Below are positions 23,987-38,772 of a stretch of 64,000 nt of DNA, piece after piece (positions within the stretch are counted from its first letter, which is position 1; each line of letters opens with the position of its first letter). The stretch is from the NCBI RefSeq assembly GCF_006345805.1, contig NC_042998.1, forward strand, positions 112,282,001-112,346,000, in the 5' to 3' direction. This DNA comes from Octopus sinensis. Taxonomy: Eukaryota. The position numbers and the translations under genes were made by a program. Under the pieces are notes generated by a model. The model searched no databases. It saw only the letters and a list, made by a program, of their open reading frames with translations, and was not told the DNA's origin.

Positions 23987-26604
23987 AGGTATTTCAAATT
24001 TGTGAAACATGCAAAGATAATCTCCTTTATTTTTCATTAAGTTGTTTCGTTATGAGTCCCTGGCACTCCTTTGCAAACAGTAATGCTCCTAAATCTATCA
24101 TCAACGTTTGTAGCCTGTATAACTGGCTCTTTTATATCAGGTAAATAGGATTTCTGTAGAATTTATCGCCTGATTGTTTTTTTAGAAATTACCGCTGAAA
24201 TATATTGAACGTTAGATTTATGCATCATTAGTCAAATGTTTATTTTGTTTATAAGGTGAGTGCGATTATTGTAACCTTTGTGCCATTAGGTGGTGGGGTG
24301 GATTCTATATATCGTTGATCTGTTGTCCACTAATCCTTTGAGCTAAAGCAACCATGAACCACAAACGAGCATCGGACTGCACAATACTGGTCTCAAAGAC
24401 AACACACACACACACACACACACACATATAAGAGAAGTTACCATGTTTCTTGTATTGTGACTTATTAGTAACTCTGTAATTCCCAAACTGATCGAATCAA
24501 TGCTGATCTGAAATGGTCCAATATTTGATCATACATTCAGTACTGAGCTTTACCTCCAGCCTGTGTGTGCACTTGAATAACGAAGATGATATTGGTGAAT
24601 TTGCTTAACAAGAAGGAAACATGTACATTGAAAGGACTCCAATGACCAAATTAAATTTTCCTTTGTCCGCATTATTCAAACATAATTGCTTGCCCGCACC
24701 CTTCAAGCATTCACAACTGACAAGGTCTTTCCGAATGACTATGCAAACGAGTTATCATAACACCAGAATGTCTTTGCACGAGAGATCACCAGAAATCTGT
24801 CTAAGATGCTACTCAGGAGAGAAAGCTCATACAAATCACCAGACATTAATAATAGTGATGAGAGTAAGTTTGAGAACCTCTGACATAAAGGTTTTCTCAT
24901 TGCTAATCTTATCTCTTCGTAGCTGCTTAATCCTTTCACAATTTCTGCTTTTTCTTTTTTTCTTTTTTTTTTTTTTTGAATTTTGTCATCCCCACTCTCA
25001 TTGCTAACTGGTAGCTGCCCATTTCCTCCAATGAAAGTAAACTTTTTTCAAACCGAACTGCTGCGACTAAGCAATGCAAGTTGGTAGAAAAATGAGATTT
25101 TTCTCTCTCGTCTCCAAGCAAAAGTTTCTTTGAGTGATATTCTCACGTCATCACCACCTGCAAATCATTAGAATGATATAAACAAGACTGAGACTCCACC
25201 AGACTGTTACTCTTACCTCTGAGAACATATAGGCTGAAATCGAGGGTCGCAAATGCCAATTTATGGGACATTGTGCCATCATCTCATATTTTCAGTTTGA
25301 CCTTCTTCGAGAACTCTCCTTATCCAGATATTTCGCCTATATGCACACAGGATTCTCGTTCTATTCAAAAAAAGTTACCTGGCAGCTTAAAAACAAAATA
25401 AAGAAACCAACCACCTGAAAACAAAATGCAACAACTTTCATTGAGAACAGACGGCCTCAACCCATTTTTTGATAAAATTGCTGTGCTCAAATAGCTTTGG
25501 TTCTTGTTCTAAAACCATCAATGAAAACTATTTCTTATTTCGAGTCAAATGTTACTTAGTGTTTCCTCCTTGCATAACATTTTCCTTTATCTGAAACTAA
25601 GAATGAGTCACTTTAGCGGACATATTGTTCTATTTGTTAGATGTTATTCTTAGTTGTCTAAAGAAGCTCTCAGCCGAGAGTTGCAGTAGTAAATTGTGCA
25701 GGAGGTGGTAAATCACCCTGTTTTCGCTTCTTGCCAGTCATAGTCTGTTTAGTATTTTCAAGAAGGATCAGTGCTTGGTTGTACATAGTAGAATCAAACT
25801 CTAAGTGTGGGTTTTTCTTTCACACTTGTTGTGCTCGTCCCACATACAATCCTGATGATTATGTCAAAGTTAGTGAGGATTAGATAGTAAACCGGCACTG
25901 AAAATGCAGACTCTGCTGAAGTATTGTTTTTGTCTGCATCATTTTCCAAGGGACATCTTCTCTGACTAGCTTCATGGTTTGTTGCTCTGACATATCAAAA
26001 GACTGTTTCACGGTACTGAAATGAGGCTGAACCATGAATATCGGGTAAAAGTCATCTGAGGTTTAAATACATTGTTTTCAAAATTCCTTATAGTTTTTTT
26101 TTTAAACAATCACATCTTCAAAACGTGAGCGTGCAGCTTCAAATACCGTGGAAGGTAGAAAATATTTTGCTTCACATTCAAATTTTGATATTAGATTGTT
26201 TATTTAACATGTTCTGCCAGTATCTGTAACAATAACCGGAGAAAATCTTATTTCATGCAAAATATATGGGCAGTATATAATTGGAATGCTTTCGTTCAAA
26301 CTTCCCCTTCAAAGTAATACAGTTTCAAAAAACATAGAAGATAGAAACTTCGTTCAGTGCACCAATGTGTGTGTGTGTGTGTATTTGTATAGGATTATAT
26401 GCTTAGCTATGTGTGACCATCTTTAAGTAATTGATGTGCATTATGTTAAACTGTGCATATATATATATAAACATTGGTCAATGTGGTCCAAAATATCTAA
26501 TGCTCATCTGCTCATCTTTCCACTCACATACACAAGAAAACTTAAAATAATGCTTTTCATTACAGTTGAGTTCAATCAGACCCAACCTGGAGCTAGGCAA
26601 CAAC

Positions 26605-26662
<58 letters not shown>

Positions 26663-27892
26663 CTCTCTCCGTTATATTCGATCCAATTGACCTATGGTCA
26701 AAAACGTTCCGACTGCTACCATCCAGTCTTTCCAGACCAGTTTCATTTAACTAAAACTAAGTCTTTGTTTCTTATAAACGGTATTAATGTGATTTAAGTG
26801 AGATTTAGCTGCTGTTTCTAGTGGGCTCAGAGATCAAGTAAAGCTGTGTTTCTACGGGGGAAAGGAAGGTCAGCAAAGATTGCGAAGGGGAGGACAAATT
26901 TCAAAGTTTAATAAAATTAAAGTGACTTTAAACTTTTTAAACCTGCCCTGCCCGATGGCGAAGAAAGAAGAATTATAGGGATACAAACTATTCTGTGTTG
27001 TTTTGAAGCAGACCTGAAGCTGATCCGGAGTAGAGAAGATGTGCCATTCAAGAGATCGCGAATAACGACGAAAAGAATTTGAATAATACAACTGATTGAT
27101 TGATTAAGAGTAGGATTAATCAAATTAATTTAACAACCGATTAGTAATTTGATGATATAGCTAACCAGCTGACGAATAATAAAGACGTGAAACTGAACAA
27201 GTGCATGTGTTTATTATTGGCAAAATGACCCACCCGAGATATAACAAAATTGTTTTGTCTTCTCATTGATAAAGTGGTGCAACAAAAAAAAATTAGATAA
27301 ATAAAAATTCAATTATATTTTTCTCTGGAGCGGGTATTTGTCAGAGAACCTCTGATGTAAATGCCTCCTTTATAATCTCATCTCTTCTGAGTTGTTATCT
27401 CTTTAATGCTCTTTCTTATCACCACCCATTGATAAGGATAGCTAGAGTTTAAATGAAACACACAATAGAAGCATTTCCCTGGTACTTGCCTCTCAGCTAT
27501 TATAACTTTAGATATCAACAAGTTCATATGGGAACGTTTCCTCTCTTCTCTCATATTTATGTAGGATTTATACTGACGGTGTTGTTCGCTTGCTTTTTAT
27601 TGTTGTCGTTGTTGCTGTTGTCATCGTCGTCGTTTGGTAGTGGGTTATTTAAGCCCAGGTCTGATATCTAAGAGTCATCTGTGTTTTTCTATTCTGTGTT
27701 GAACATATGTGTTTCTTTCGACTGTGTTTCCCCACTTTTTTTTCCTAAGATGACAAGAGTTGTGATGTAAGGGACATTTGGATGCTATTACACACAATCA
27801 CACATACACGCACACACACACACACACACACACATACACTCACACACAAATATATATGTGTGTATGTGTGTGTTTGTGTGTGTATTTATTTG

Positions 27893-27941
<49 letters not shown>

Positions 27942-28266
27942 TGGGGGGGAGAAATGTAAATATATATGTATATGTACATATATATGTATATATATTATAT
28001 ATATATATATACACACATACACACACACACACATATATATATATATGGATAAGATCGTTATTTAAATACCGATCTTATCAGGTGGCCAGCGTGGGAATAA
28101 AAACCTTCAAAGGTAATAATTATTATTAAAGTTATAATTTAGGGTATATAAGAGATACCACCACGCTGGAAATAGCAGCCAAAACTTGACTCTAGAACCA
28201 CTTTAAATGTTCATACAGTACCAAGAGAAACGACAAAGAGACAATATATATATATATGTATATATA

Positions 28267-28419
28267 TATGTGTGCATATTGTGTACGACTGTCCGTGTGT
28301 GTGTATGTGTGGTTACGAAACCCCCTTTACAATCATGTGGTTTCTGGTTCAGTCCCACTACACGGCAACTTAGGCAACTTATATATATATATAATATATG
28401 TGTATATTGTGTACGACTG

Positions 28420-28451
<32 letters not shown>

Positions 28452-28757
28452 GTTAAGAAATTCCCTTTACACATGTGGTTTCTGGTTCGGTCCCACTACA
28501 CGGCAACTTTCGTTGTATACATCTGTGTGTACGCTCGCGCGCGTGTGCGTGTCAGTGTGTTTGTGTGCGTGTGTGTCACCACCGCTTGACAAACGGTGTG
28601 GGTTTGTTTACACTCCCGTATCTTAGCAGTTTGACAAAAGACTCCCATAGAGCAAATAGCAGACATAGAAATAAATACTAGGGTCGGTTTATTCGGTTAG
28701 ATCCTTCAAGGTGCTAGACCGGCATGACCGCAGTCCTATGACTGAAGCAAGCAAAAT
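28267..28757 (+). mobile_element. Family A-related SINE with locally duplicated head
   Basis: 28267-28371 and 28396-28509 are tandem copies containing ggttc(a/g)gtcccactacacggcaactt; the 3' half ends gcagtcctatgactgaagcaagcaaaa. Confidence 0.6.
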
Positions 28758-29246
28758 ATAACAGATATATACTGCGAAGCTAGCATATATATCCATACAC
28801 ACATATCAGTTAGATGAAATCGAAAGATAGACCGAAGGAAAAAGCGTTTCGACGGACGATACAAAAATCATGTGTAAGCCAGGTCCATTCACTAATCTGA
28901 TTGGCTAGCGGTCACCTTTTCACTTCGCGCATTAATGGATATTTAGTTGATAGAAATGACATAAGCTTATGTTTAACTGAGTCTGACATGAATTGGGTTA
29001 AAAGAAATAGGTCTATGAAATCGGTGTTTGTAATCCGTTTATTTTCATAAAGCAGCGTTGCTAATGCAAAAAGTAATTACACTGTGCAAACTAAATAATG
29101 AATGTGTGTAAATAACTTTAAAAATTGCAACAACTTTGCCCGTAATTATTTTTTTTATTTTTGTCTTAATTGAAATACTCATGCTTTTCTTTGATGTATT
29201 TTGCGGAAGGTTACAAATATGATATGGACGGTACTGCGTCAGTTAG

Positions 29247-29540
29247 TATATAAAGTCGTTCTGCATCTAAATGAGAGGCGAGTCTTCAAGTCTCCGGAAC
29301 AGATGTTGTATACAACGAGTGTATGTTATATATCTTTTAAGCACAAACATAACTAGTTATAAATATACTGTAAAACTACCAATATTCAACTAACTATAAG
29401 TAACATTAGCATACTGATACTTACACACACCTATATATATATATATACACACATATTTATTACATAGCTATATTTATATATATGTGTATATATATATATA
29501 GTCAGCATCACGTGGTTTTGTAAAGTCGGCTCAGGTAAGT
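29247..29540 (+). promoter_or_regulatory. Candidate TATA promoter and non-coding first exon
   Basis: TATATAAAG at 29247-29255 in unique sequence, E-box CACGTG at 29509-29514, and consensus donor CAG|GTAAGT with GT at 29535. No transcript evidence. Confidence 0.25.
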
Positions 29541-30018
29541 AAAAAAGAAAAATAATTATTTATTTGCAACGCTTCCATTTTCTGTTGATTAAAAAAAAAA
29601 TGAGTGTATATGCATATTGAGATTCACATATAAACACAGATATATGCCCACAGCTACAACATGCCATCCAGTATATATATGTGTATGCATGTAAACATAA
29701 ACATATGGCTATATGTTTTACAAATATATGCATACAAATGCATGTGCACATAAATGCGCGTGCGCGCACACACGCACGCACTGACACATATATACACACA
29801 CATACACACATAGCAAAAGCTAACAAAGACGCTCTCATCTTTTTGAAGCAAGTTCGTCTTTTGAAAAAAAAACGAAATATATCAACCAGATGGTTAGAAT
29901 TTTTTGCTTCTATAATATGTAATTGTGTTTGTTCCTATCTCGGCATATCTCACTGCGTGTTTATTTCTCTGGCTGTTTGTCTATGTATCTGTCTGCCTGT
30001 CTGTCTATCTCTCCGTCT

Positions 30019-30123
<105 letters not shown>

Positions 30124-30889
30124 GTATGTATATAGATATAGGGTGAAAGTCCATATGTTTATCTGAACATTTAACATATGTGAATGATTCTGCATAAAAA
30201 TATGGATAAGTATGATGCTATGAACTGTGTTTGTATTGCAAATGTATGTGTGTTTGCGTGTGCATATACAATTGTATTTTTGCGCATATATATATATATG
30301 CACAACTTCATGTGCACACAATACAGAGAGCGACTTTTGCTCACGTTCAAATGTTTATTTACTGTGAACATTAAATGTGCGTATAAAGCTTATTCGTCTG
30401 TATCTAAAAAATATATGCATACACACACACGCACACACACATGCATATATATTTATATATGCACACACACACACACACACACATACATATGCATTCATAC
30501 ATGCATATAAACATCCATATGTAATCTTTCGTACATGCACAAAGAACACAGATACGCACATACACAATCACACGCAGTGTACAAAATATACGGAAGTTAG
30601 CTGACCCAACTTGACCCGCATCCTACCTCACCACCACACACATACACACTAACACACACGCACACACACTGTATAAAGGCGACGGTGAAAATCGGGACTG
30701 ATTTCCGCCCGGTGGTCCATAGTTTACCAACACTTGGATTCCATTCTTTTCGCCTGACTTGAACATGTTGAAATATGTACGGTGTGACGTTCGGTTCTGG
30801 GGTGACCAAAATGCTGTGTTCACAAAGACAAACTCACACATATGGATGATTAGTGTACGGCGCTAACTTTCCCATCTGTTTCGATTTTT

Positions 30890-31641
30890 CGTCACATTAT
30901 CTGGCGAACTTTGATATAAATAACATGTACAGTATACATTAACATATTATAAACGTATTTTACACATTTACATATTTGTATAAATGTGAGTACGCTTTTA
31001 TATATATATATACATATATATATATATAGTATGTATGTGTATATATGTTTATGGGTGTGAGTATATGTGTACAAGTATGCTGCTGTATGTATACGTATGT
31101 GCGTTTGCATGTGTATAATATGCATATATATTTTGTGTATGTATATAGGTATGAATGTGTATCTACATGCATGCATTTTGTATGTATATATATTATATAT
31201 ATATATTATATATATAATATATATATACATGTATATGTGTGTGTGTAAGTATATATGTATGTACTTATGTATGCATATATGAGTGCGTATGTAAACATGA
31301 AAATTAATGCGTGCATATATAAACATGTACAAGAATATGTATGCATGTGCGCATAGATATACGTATATATGTATATGCATGTATGCATACGTATATATTT
31401 TTATATGCATATGTATATATGTATATGCACATATGCATATGAATATGTGTATGCACGTATGTATATGTGTATGTGCATGTATGTATATGTATATTCGTGT
31501 ATGTATACATACATGCGTGTCTTTATTTATATGTGAGAGTGTAGACATACGTATGCATAGATATAGATGATATATATGTATGGATATGTGAGTGTTTGTA
31601 TAAATGTATATATAAATGTAGATGTTTACATGCATGCATAT

Positions 31642-31687
<46 letters not shown>

Positions 31688-31689
31688 GC

Positions 31690-31720
<31 letters not shown>
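30890..31720. repeat. Degenerate TA/TG low-complexity tract plus (TAGA)n
   Basis: Alternating purine-pyrimidine low complexity; (gata)n at ~31643-31688. Confidence 0.9.
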
Positions 31721-32084
31721 TTGTCTATTTATTTCCACTTTTCCTTCTTCTCGCCTACCACCCTTCTCTCTCCCTTCTGTCAATTCTCTTTTTGATTTTA
31801 CTTCAGTCAACAACTTGTCAACTATTCTGATCGACACAGAGATGAATGATTAGATAAGCTTTTATGAGTCTTTTAAACTTAACTTTTCTTTAATTTTTTT
31901 TAAACCTTTCTTTTAATTTTCAAATCCTGTCTAGATCAACTTTATCTTCTTCTATATCTCTGAGATCGGTAAAATAAAGTACCAAAGTAGTGTTTGCTTA
32001 CTTTCATCATCTAACAAACATCTCCTTGCGAAGGTGTGTGGATCTGTGACAGTGTTATTAAGTAACTTATGCTTTTAAAGGTAG

Positions 32085-33218
32085 TAAAGGCGACGAACAG
32101 GCAGAAACGTTAGCACGCCGGCAACAAAATGCTTAGCGGCATTTCGTCCGTCTTTACGTGAGTTCATTATTCCGTCGAGGTTGACTTTGCCGTTCATCCT
32201 TTTGCGGTCGATAAAATAAGTACTAGTTGAGTACTGGGGTCGATATAATCGATTAGCCCCACTCCACCGAAATTGCTGGCCTTGTGCCTAAATTTGAAAC
32301 TAGCATAATTAAAGGTGGTAGAGACTGCGAGATGGTTGAACCGGGTTCGTGCACCGGTGAAAATGCTTATTGGCACTTCGTCCGTCTTTACGTTCTGAGT
32401 TCAAATTCCGCCGAGGCCGACTTTTTCTTTCATCCTTTCGGGGTCGACAAATTAAGTACCAACTGAGAATTGGAGTCGATGTAATCTACTAACCCCCATC
32501 TATCAAAATTTCAGGCCTTGTGACTATAGGAGAAAGGATTATTTATTACAAGTGATATGGTTACAACTGTTGCTGAGTTCAAATGACTTCGAGGCCAAAT
32601 TTTCCTTTCATCCCTCCGTTGCCTATAAAATCAAGTACCAATCAAATTACTGAGGACCCACTTAATCGACCAACCCCTAATTCCTGGTTTTGTGCCAATA
32701 TTAGAAACAATTATTATTCATTAAAGCTGGTGAGGAGCAAAATCTGACAAAATGTCATGTAATATTTAATTATATTTCTCTGCTTCTTGAGTTTGAATCT
32801 TGTTGAGGGTGGTATGATCTTCTAACTTTCTCGTGGTTTATAATTTTAAAAATCTTTTGTTCAAAATATTCTAGGGTCGAACATGTTTTCATCATTCCAG
32901 CAGGGCGGACATGGCATCGAGGCAAAAAGTACTTACAGTAATATACTGAGGTCTATACAATTGGCTATAACCTCGCAGCACTCACTATTTCAGGCCATAT
33001 GCTTATGTTAAAAACACATAGAATCGTTAGCATGCGGGCCGAATTGCTTAGCGGTATTTCGTCTGTCGCTACATTGAGTTCAAACTACGCTGAGGTCGAC
33101 TGTGACTTTCATCTTTCAGGGTCGATGAAATAAGTACCAGTTGAGTACTGGGGGTCGATGTAATCGACTATCCCTCTCCCCCAAATTTCAAGCCTTGTGT
33201 CTTTAGAAGAAAATATTA

Positions 33219-33256
<38 letters not shown>

Positions 33257-33460
33257 TATAAGGCAGAATCTGGCAGAATCATTAGCGCGTTGGGCAAAAT
33301 GCTTAGCGGCATTCGTCCGTTTTTACCTTCTGAGTTCATATTCCGCCGAGGTCGACTTAGCTTTTTATCCTCTCGGAATCAATAAGTACCTGTTAATCGA
33401 CAAGCACCCTCCCCAAAGCTTTCAGACCTTGAGCCAATAGGAGAAAGGATATTTTGCAAA
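32085..33460 (+). mobile_element. Cluster of about six head-to-tail family B SINEs of different ages
   Basis: The B-box-containing core recurs at ~32160, 32398, 32575, 32788 (very degraded), 33075 and 33330, all in the same orientation. Confidence 0.8.
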
Positions 33461-33958
33461 TACATCTCAATTCTATCAATTTATTTTTTAGATTTTTCTT
33501 TTTAATAGAAATGAAAATTATAATTGACTCCGTTTGTGTCTCAAGTTTTAGCTGCACAAAACTGCTAGTACGTTCTTAAATCAACAATATGTTTGATCGA
33601 CGAATCAGTGATGGGGTGTCTACATAGTGGCTCAGATCGCTAGAAATAGCAGTCAAATAGCCTATTTTCACTCCTTCCTCTTCTCTACCGTCGTAGAAAG
33701 GAACACTTTGGGTTATATGGCAGTGGGTTGCTCCATGCATATAGGAGAGAAAAAAGATGATGAGCCCGGCTCGAATGCTTTTGATGTCGATAGGCTTGAA
33801 AAAAGCCCGGCCTGGTGCTAAACAGCAACATCAACAATATGTTTGCTAGCTGACAACGAACGTTTTACGAAGTCTTCAAATATAGAAAGTACATTGTGAA
33901 TAACGCTCTTTCTCTCTCTCCTTCCCCCCCTCTCTCTCTCTCCTTCCCTCTCTCTCTA

Positions 33959-34045
<87 letters not shown>

Positions 34046-34880
34046 CACGCACACACAAATATATACGCATATTCATATATGCATGTGTGTGTTGTTGGGT
34101 CTGTGTATATTTATGCGCATGTGTACCGTGAACAGTGAACATATGTAAGCGTATATATAAACATAGTCTTAGTCGAGTGTTTAAGTTCGCCTCGCAATCA
34201 TAAAGTCCCGTGTTCGATCTCGCTTTATTATATATATTTTTTTCAATCTTTATATATAGACTTTAACCTAACCTCGAGCCGATCCAAACCTTGCGAGCGA
34301 AACTGCACGCTGACTTGCTAGCAGTACATTGGGTAGGGGGAAAAAACCCTGTCGGTGGCATACGTCATTTATATAATTAATAACAACGGTGGATATAACG
34401 TTCCATATGTTTTACTAACAACATGGCTGTGTGTGCCGTTAGCTTAACTTTTATGTCACCCTCCAACACGCCGGTCAGCCGGTCAATGATTGTTCGATAA
34501 ATAACAACTTCGGCTGGTTACCATTAATTTCAACAATTCCCTCTCCTCTCCACCTTTTTTTGATTTCTTTAAAAAAAAAAAAAATTATTAGCTTTATTAT
34601 AAATCAATTAAAATTTTTGTTCGGTAATACTTTTGTTTTCTTTTACTGTAAATGTTTAGTTATGCTTTTTTTTAATTGTTTTTTTTAAAATTCTGCTGTT
34701 TGCTGATTGTTGCGATAGTAATTAATTAGTGATTAATTAATATTTATGCAAGTTTAATTTTGTTTTTTCCATTCGTCAAAAATATCCAATTAGAAAATGT
34801 CTTTTTCTTCAAAAACATCGTGGAGAGACGGAGACTGAAACAGATGGACAGAAGAAGAAGAAGCGAGAAAAAGAGTTAGT

Positions 34881-34922
<42 letters not shown>

Positions 34923-35864
34923 AGAGAGAGACTGGTTTTGAAATACATTTCTATTCTTACTATAGGCAAAGTAATGGATTGTGAATAATAGTCGATCAAT
35001 ATATAAAAATAGATGTTCTAAATCAGCCAATTGAGGCTTGTTCGAATAATGTTCGTGTGTGTGTGTGTAAAAAGGTATGCAGGCTTGCGCCACTGGAGTG
35101 CCTAGCCACCCCCATCACCCCTCGAACTGCAAAATATCACGCTACTGTGGCCGAACGCGATCTTATTACATGAATGGTCGGCCTAATGCAAACATATGCG
35201 TCAAATTCTGTTTGGTCTCCCTGTCTGTACACTTGTTTATGGTTGTAAATAAACAACTGTTATGTTCTCTCTGGCGTGTTTGCGTATATGTGCGTATGTA
35301 TATATTAGGCAATTGTGAATAAACTAGTGACTTGTATATAAATCGTGTGCAGTAGATCTAGAAGGGGTGTGACCATCCCCATTGACTTCTCAGGCCAAGA
35401 TCGATGTTGTGCCTCTTTGTTCTGTTTTTGACAAACAACTGCGACGAGACGATTACAGATAAACCATGCGCAAGGCGGGAAGGTGTTCCAGATGGTTTGC
35501 GTAGTATTGAAGAAGGATTGGGTATGATGGTTCATGCGATGGTGTGGAGATTAGGTGTGGGTTGCAAGACAGTATAATAGGTGATGAGCGGATAATATGA
35601 ATACCGGTGATACACTTCGGTCGATTCAGTGGTCTTTAATGTTTCTTTACAAACGCTTCACTGCTATGCGGATGTAATAGATTTATATTAATCAAATGTG
35701 ATTGAATAGACGTTCTTTTATTCTTATTCTTTTTCTTTTTTTGATCAATAGATCACATGTGAAGTTAACTGGAACTTTTTTGTGCGTGTCTCAATTCTTA
35801 TACCAGACATGCCCAGACAGTAACAAGTGTCTATATATGTATTTATCTGAATGGGTTCTATACA

Positions 35865-35980
35865 TCCATCCATCCATCCATCCATACATACATACATACA
35901 TGCATACATACATACATACATACATACATACATGCATGCATACATACATACATACATACATACATACATGCATGCATACA

Positions 35981-36014
<34 letters not shown>

Positions 36015-36190
36015 CATACATGTATGCATACATACATACATACATACATGCATGCATACATACATACATACATAAATACATACATATATATGTGTGTGTT
36101 GTGTGTGTGTGTGTGTGTGGTGTGTGTGTGTGTATCTGTGTGTATGGGTTTGAATGTATCTTTGTATATACGTGTGTGTGTGTGTGTGCT
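35865..36190. repeat. (TACA)n/(CATC)n/(GT)n microsatellite block
   Basis: Direct simple repeats. Confidence 0.95.
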
Positions 36191-37137
36191 TCTGTGTTCG
36201 AATACATCTGTGTAAATGCACTCTTTCAGTCTATCTGTATATGTGTGTGCCTCTATCTATGAATGCATTTGCATATGTATGTCTTTGGATGCATCCTCTT
36301 GTGCATTTGCATATGCATATGGGTTTGGATGTATTTCTGTCTATGCATAAGGATATGTTTATGCATTGACTGCACGTGAATGTATGTAGATAAATATACC
36401 AGTGTATGTAAATATAAGTGTATGCGACTCAATGCATCTGTATGTGCATGCATATTAGAAAGTATATATATTTCAATGTGTGCATGTTTATGCATGTATG
36501 TATACTAATGTGTGTGTGTGTGTGTGTTTGACAGAAAAGTATTTAACAGAAAAGTATTTGGATTTGAAGGAGAGTGAAAAAAACCGAAATATGAACCTTT
36601 GATCAATTTTACAACCTTGATTCATCTCTCTCTCTCCCCCACTCCTTCTTTCTCTCACCCCCCCCCCTTATATCTTCTTTTTCCTCCTTGATTTCTGTCG
36701 AATTCAGTACGAAATTTAGTTGGTCACAAAACGTAAAAAGTGTCTCTTACAAAATCTGCAATTCTACCAGACACCCTGCCTTTTAAGGTAACAGCTAAAT
36801 CTCCTCAAAGAACACCTTATTTTCTAAAAACCAAAAATGGATAAATATGCCTGAATGACAAAAAAATTAATAAATAAATAAATAAATAAATAAAATTAAA
36901 TTAAAAAATAAGAAAGAAGCAGGCGGAATGGTCGTGGTTAGAATGCTTTTATCATGCATGTGTCGATTAAGACTAACTTAGGATAAAAGCAACTCCTGAG
37001 ATTAAAAAAAAACGTGGGTGGGGGTCAGTAATTGATCCTTACAACTTTGGAAAGTTAAAAAGCATTAGTAACAGAAGCATTAGCTCAATATGTTAGCAAC
37101 GAATTGCAGAGTGCAACGTACATCTATTTCTTATATC

Positions 37138-37358
37138 TATTTCTTTACTACCCACAAGGGGCTACACACAGAGGGGAGAAACAAGGACAGACAAACGGAT
37201 TAAGTCGATTATATCGACCCCAGTGCGTAACTGGTACTTATTTAATCGACCCCGAAAGGATGAAAGGCAAAGTCGACCTCGGCGGAATTTGAACTCAGAA
37301 CGTAGCGGCAGACGAAATACGGCCACGCATTTCGCCCGGCGCGCTAACGTTTCTGCCA
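37138..37358 (-). mobile_element. SINE family B
   Basis: High identity to the 14915-15146 unit. Confidence 0.9.
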
Positions 37359-37995
37359 ATATCACACGGAGAACACAACGGTCGAATACAGAGTTTTGAA
37401 GTTGCCCATTGAGAATGCCATTGTCACTTCCATCTCCACTCGCATTATCGTCTCCATCACCCACGCCGCCACCAGTAACACGACTAACATCACTGCCATT
37501 GCTACCATCAGCAAGCACCACCACCACCACCACCACCACCACCACCACCAAACAACCACTGCTGTCATCACAGCAACTACCGTTCACAGAACTTCTATAT
37601 TATTATTATTTCAGCCATGTCGTGGGACTGTTTGGGAATGATGGGAGATGGTGCGGGATACTGGTGGAACGGGATATATATATATATATATATATATATA
37701 GGATGTCTAGAGAACTTACATGTATTTTAGCTGATGAGTACGGGACTCGTTTATATGCTGTAATCTTTGCAACTTTTAATAAAACCTGTCCTTGTATGAA
37801 ACGATCGTACTAAATACCTATCCATTCTTGTTGCTTCTTTCTCGCTTATAATCACCCCACATTACTGTATTGTTAAATCAGTATAGTTTTTTTTGGTGCA
37901 TCTAAGTTAGGTACCATATTCAAGTAAATTTTTTTTAATTAACTTGAATCTTTATTGCTCTTTGAGTATATATATAATATATAATATATATATAT

Positions 37996-38029
<34 letters not shown>

Positions 38030-38105
38030 TCTTGTTGATTTTGGTTCTTGTTACTAATGCTGCTGCTGCTGCTGCGACTGTTGCTGTAGTGGTGGTGATG
38101 GATGC

Positions 38106-38136
<31 letters not shown>

Positions 38137-38261
38137 AGAAGCAGCAGCTGCAGTGACAACAGCTACAACTAAAACAGCTGTTCTTTAGTTTGTTTTAGCC
38201 GTCACAGCTAAGGACGAGCTGAAGTAACGCCGTTTCCTGTACTTAACTTCTCAACCTCACT

Positions 38262-38318
<57 letters not shown>

Positions 38319-38353
38319 CTCTATCTCTCTTTCTTTCTCTCTTTCTTTCTTTC

Positions 38354-38384
<31 letters not shown>

Positions 38385-38730
38385 CTCTCTCTTTCTCTCT
38401 CTCCCTTTCTCTCTCTCTCTCTCTTTCTTTGTTTCTTTCTTTCTCTCTCTCTCTTTCTTTCTCTCTATCTCTCTTTATTTCTCTCTCTCTCTTTCTCTCT
38501 CTCTCTCTTTCTCTCTCTCTCTTTCTTTCTTTCTTTCTCTTCTCTCTCTCTCTTTCTTTCTCTCTCTCTCTTTCTCTCTCTCTTTCTTTCTCTCTCTCTC
38601 TCTTTCTTTCTCTCTCTCTTTCTTTCTTTCTCTCTCTCTTCTTTCTCTCTCTTTCTCTCTTTCTTTCTTTCTCTTTCTTTCTCTCTCTCTCTTTCTCTCT
38701 TTCTTTCTTTCTCTTTCTTTCTCTCTCTCT

Positions 38731-38772
<42 letters not shown>
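38262..38772. repeat. ~500 bp polypyrimidine (CT/CTTT)n tract (second copy ~40257-40760)
   Basis: Almost purely C/T on the + strand. Confidence 0.95.

Noticed and set aside
23140-26300. Possible very old LINE remnant on the minus strand (G*LGIRN-like string near 23200)
   Set aside because: Only one short motif could be recognised, which is not enough to assign an element or boundaries.
37731-37755. CTGATGAGTACGGGACTC hairpin after a hammerhead-like heptamer (copy at ~39724)
   Set aside because: No GAAA follows, so the core is incomplete.
38058-38150. (TGC)n-(GCG)9-(GCA)n compound repeat resembling a poly-Ala coding tract
   Set aside because: No splice signals or flanking coding context, and it is embedded among other microsatellites.
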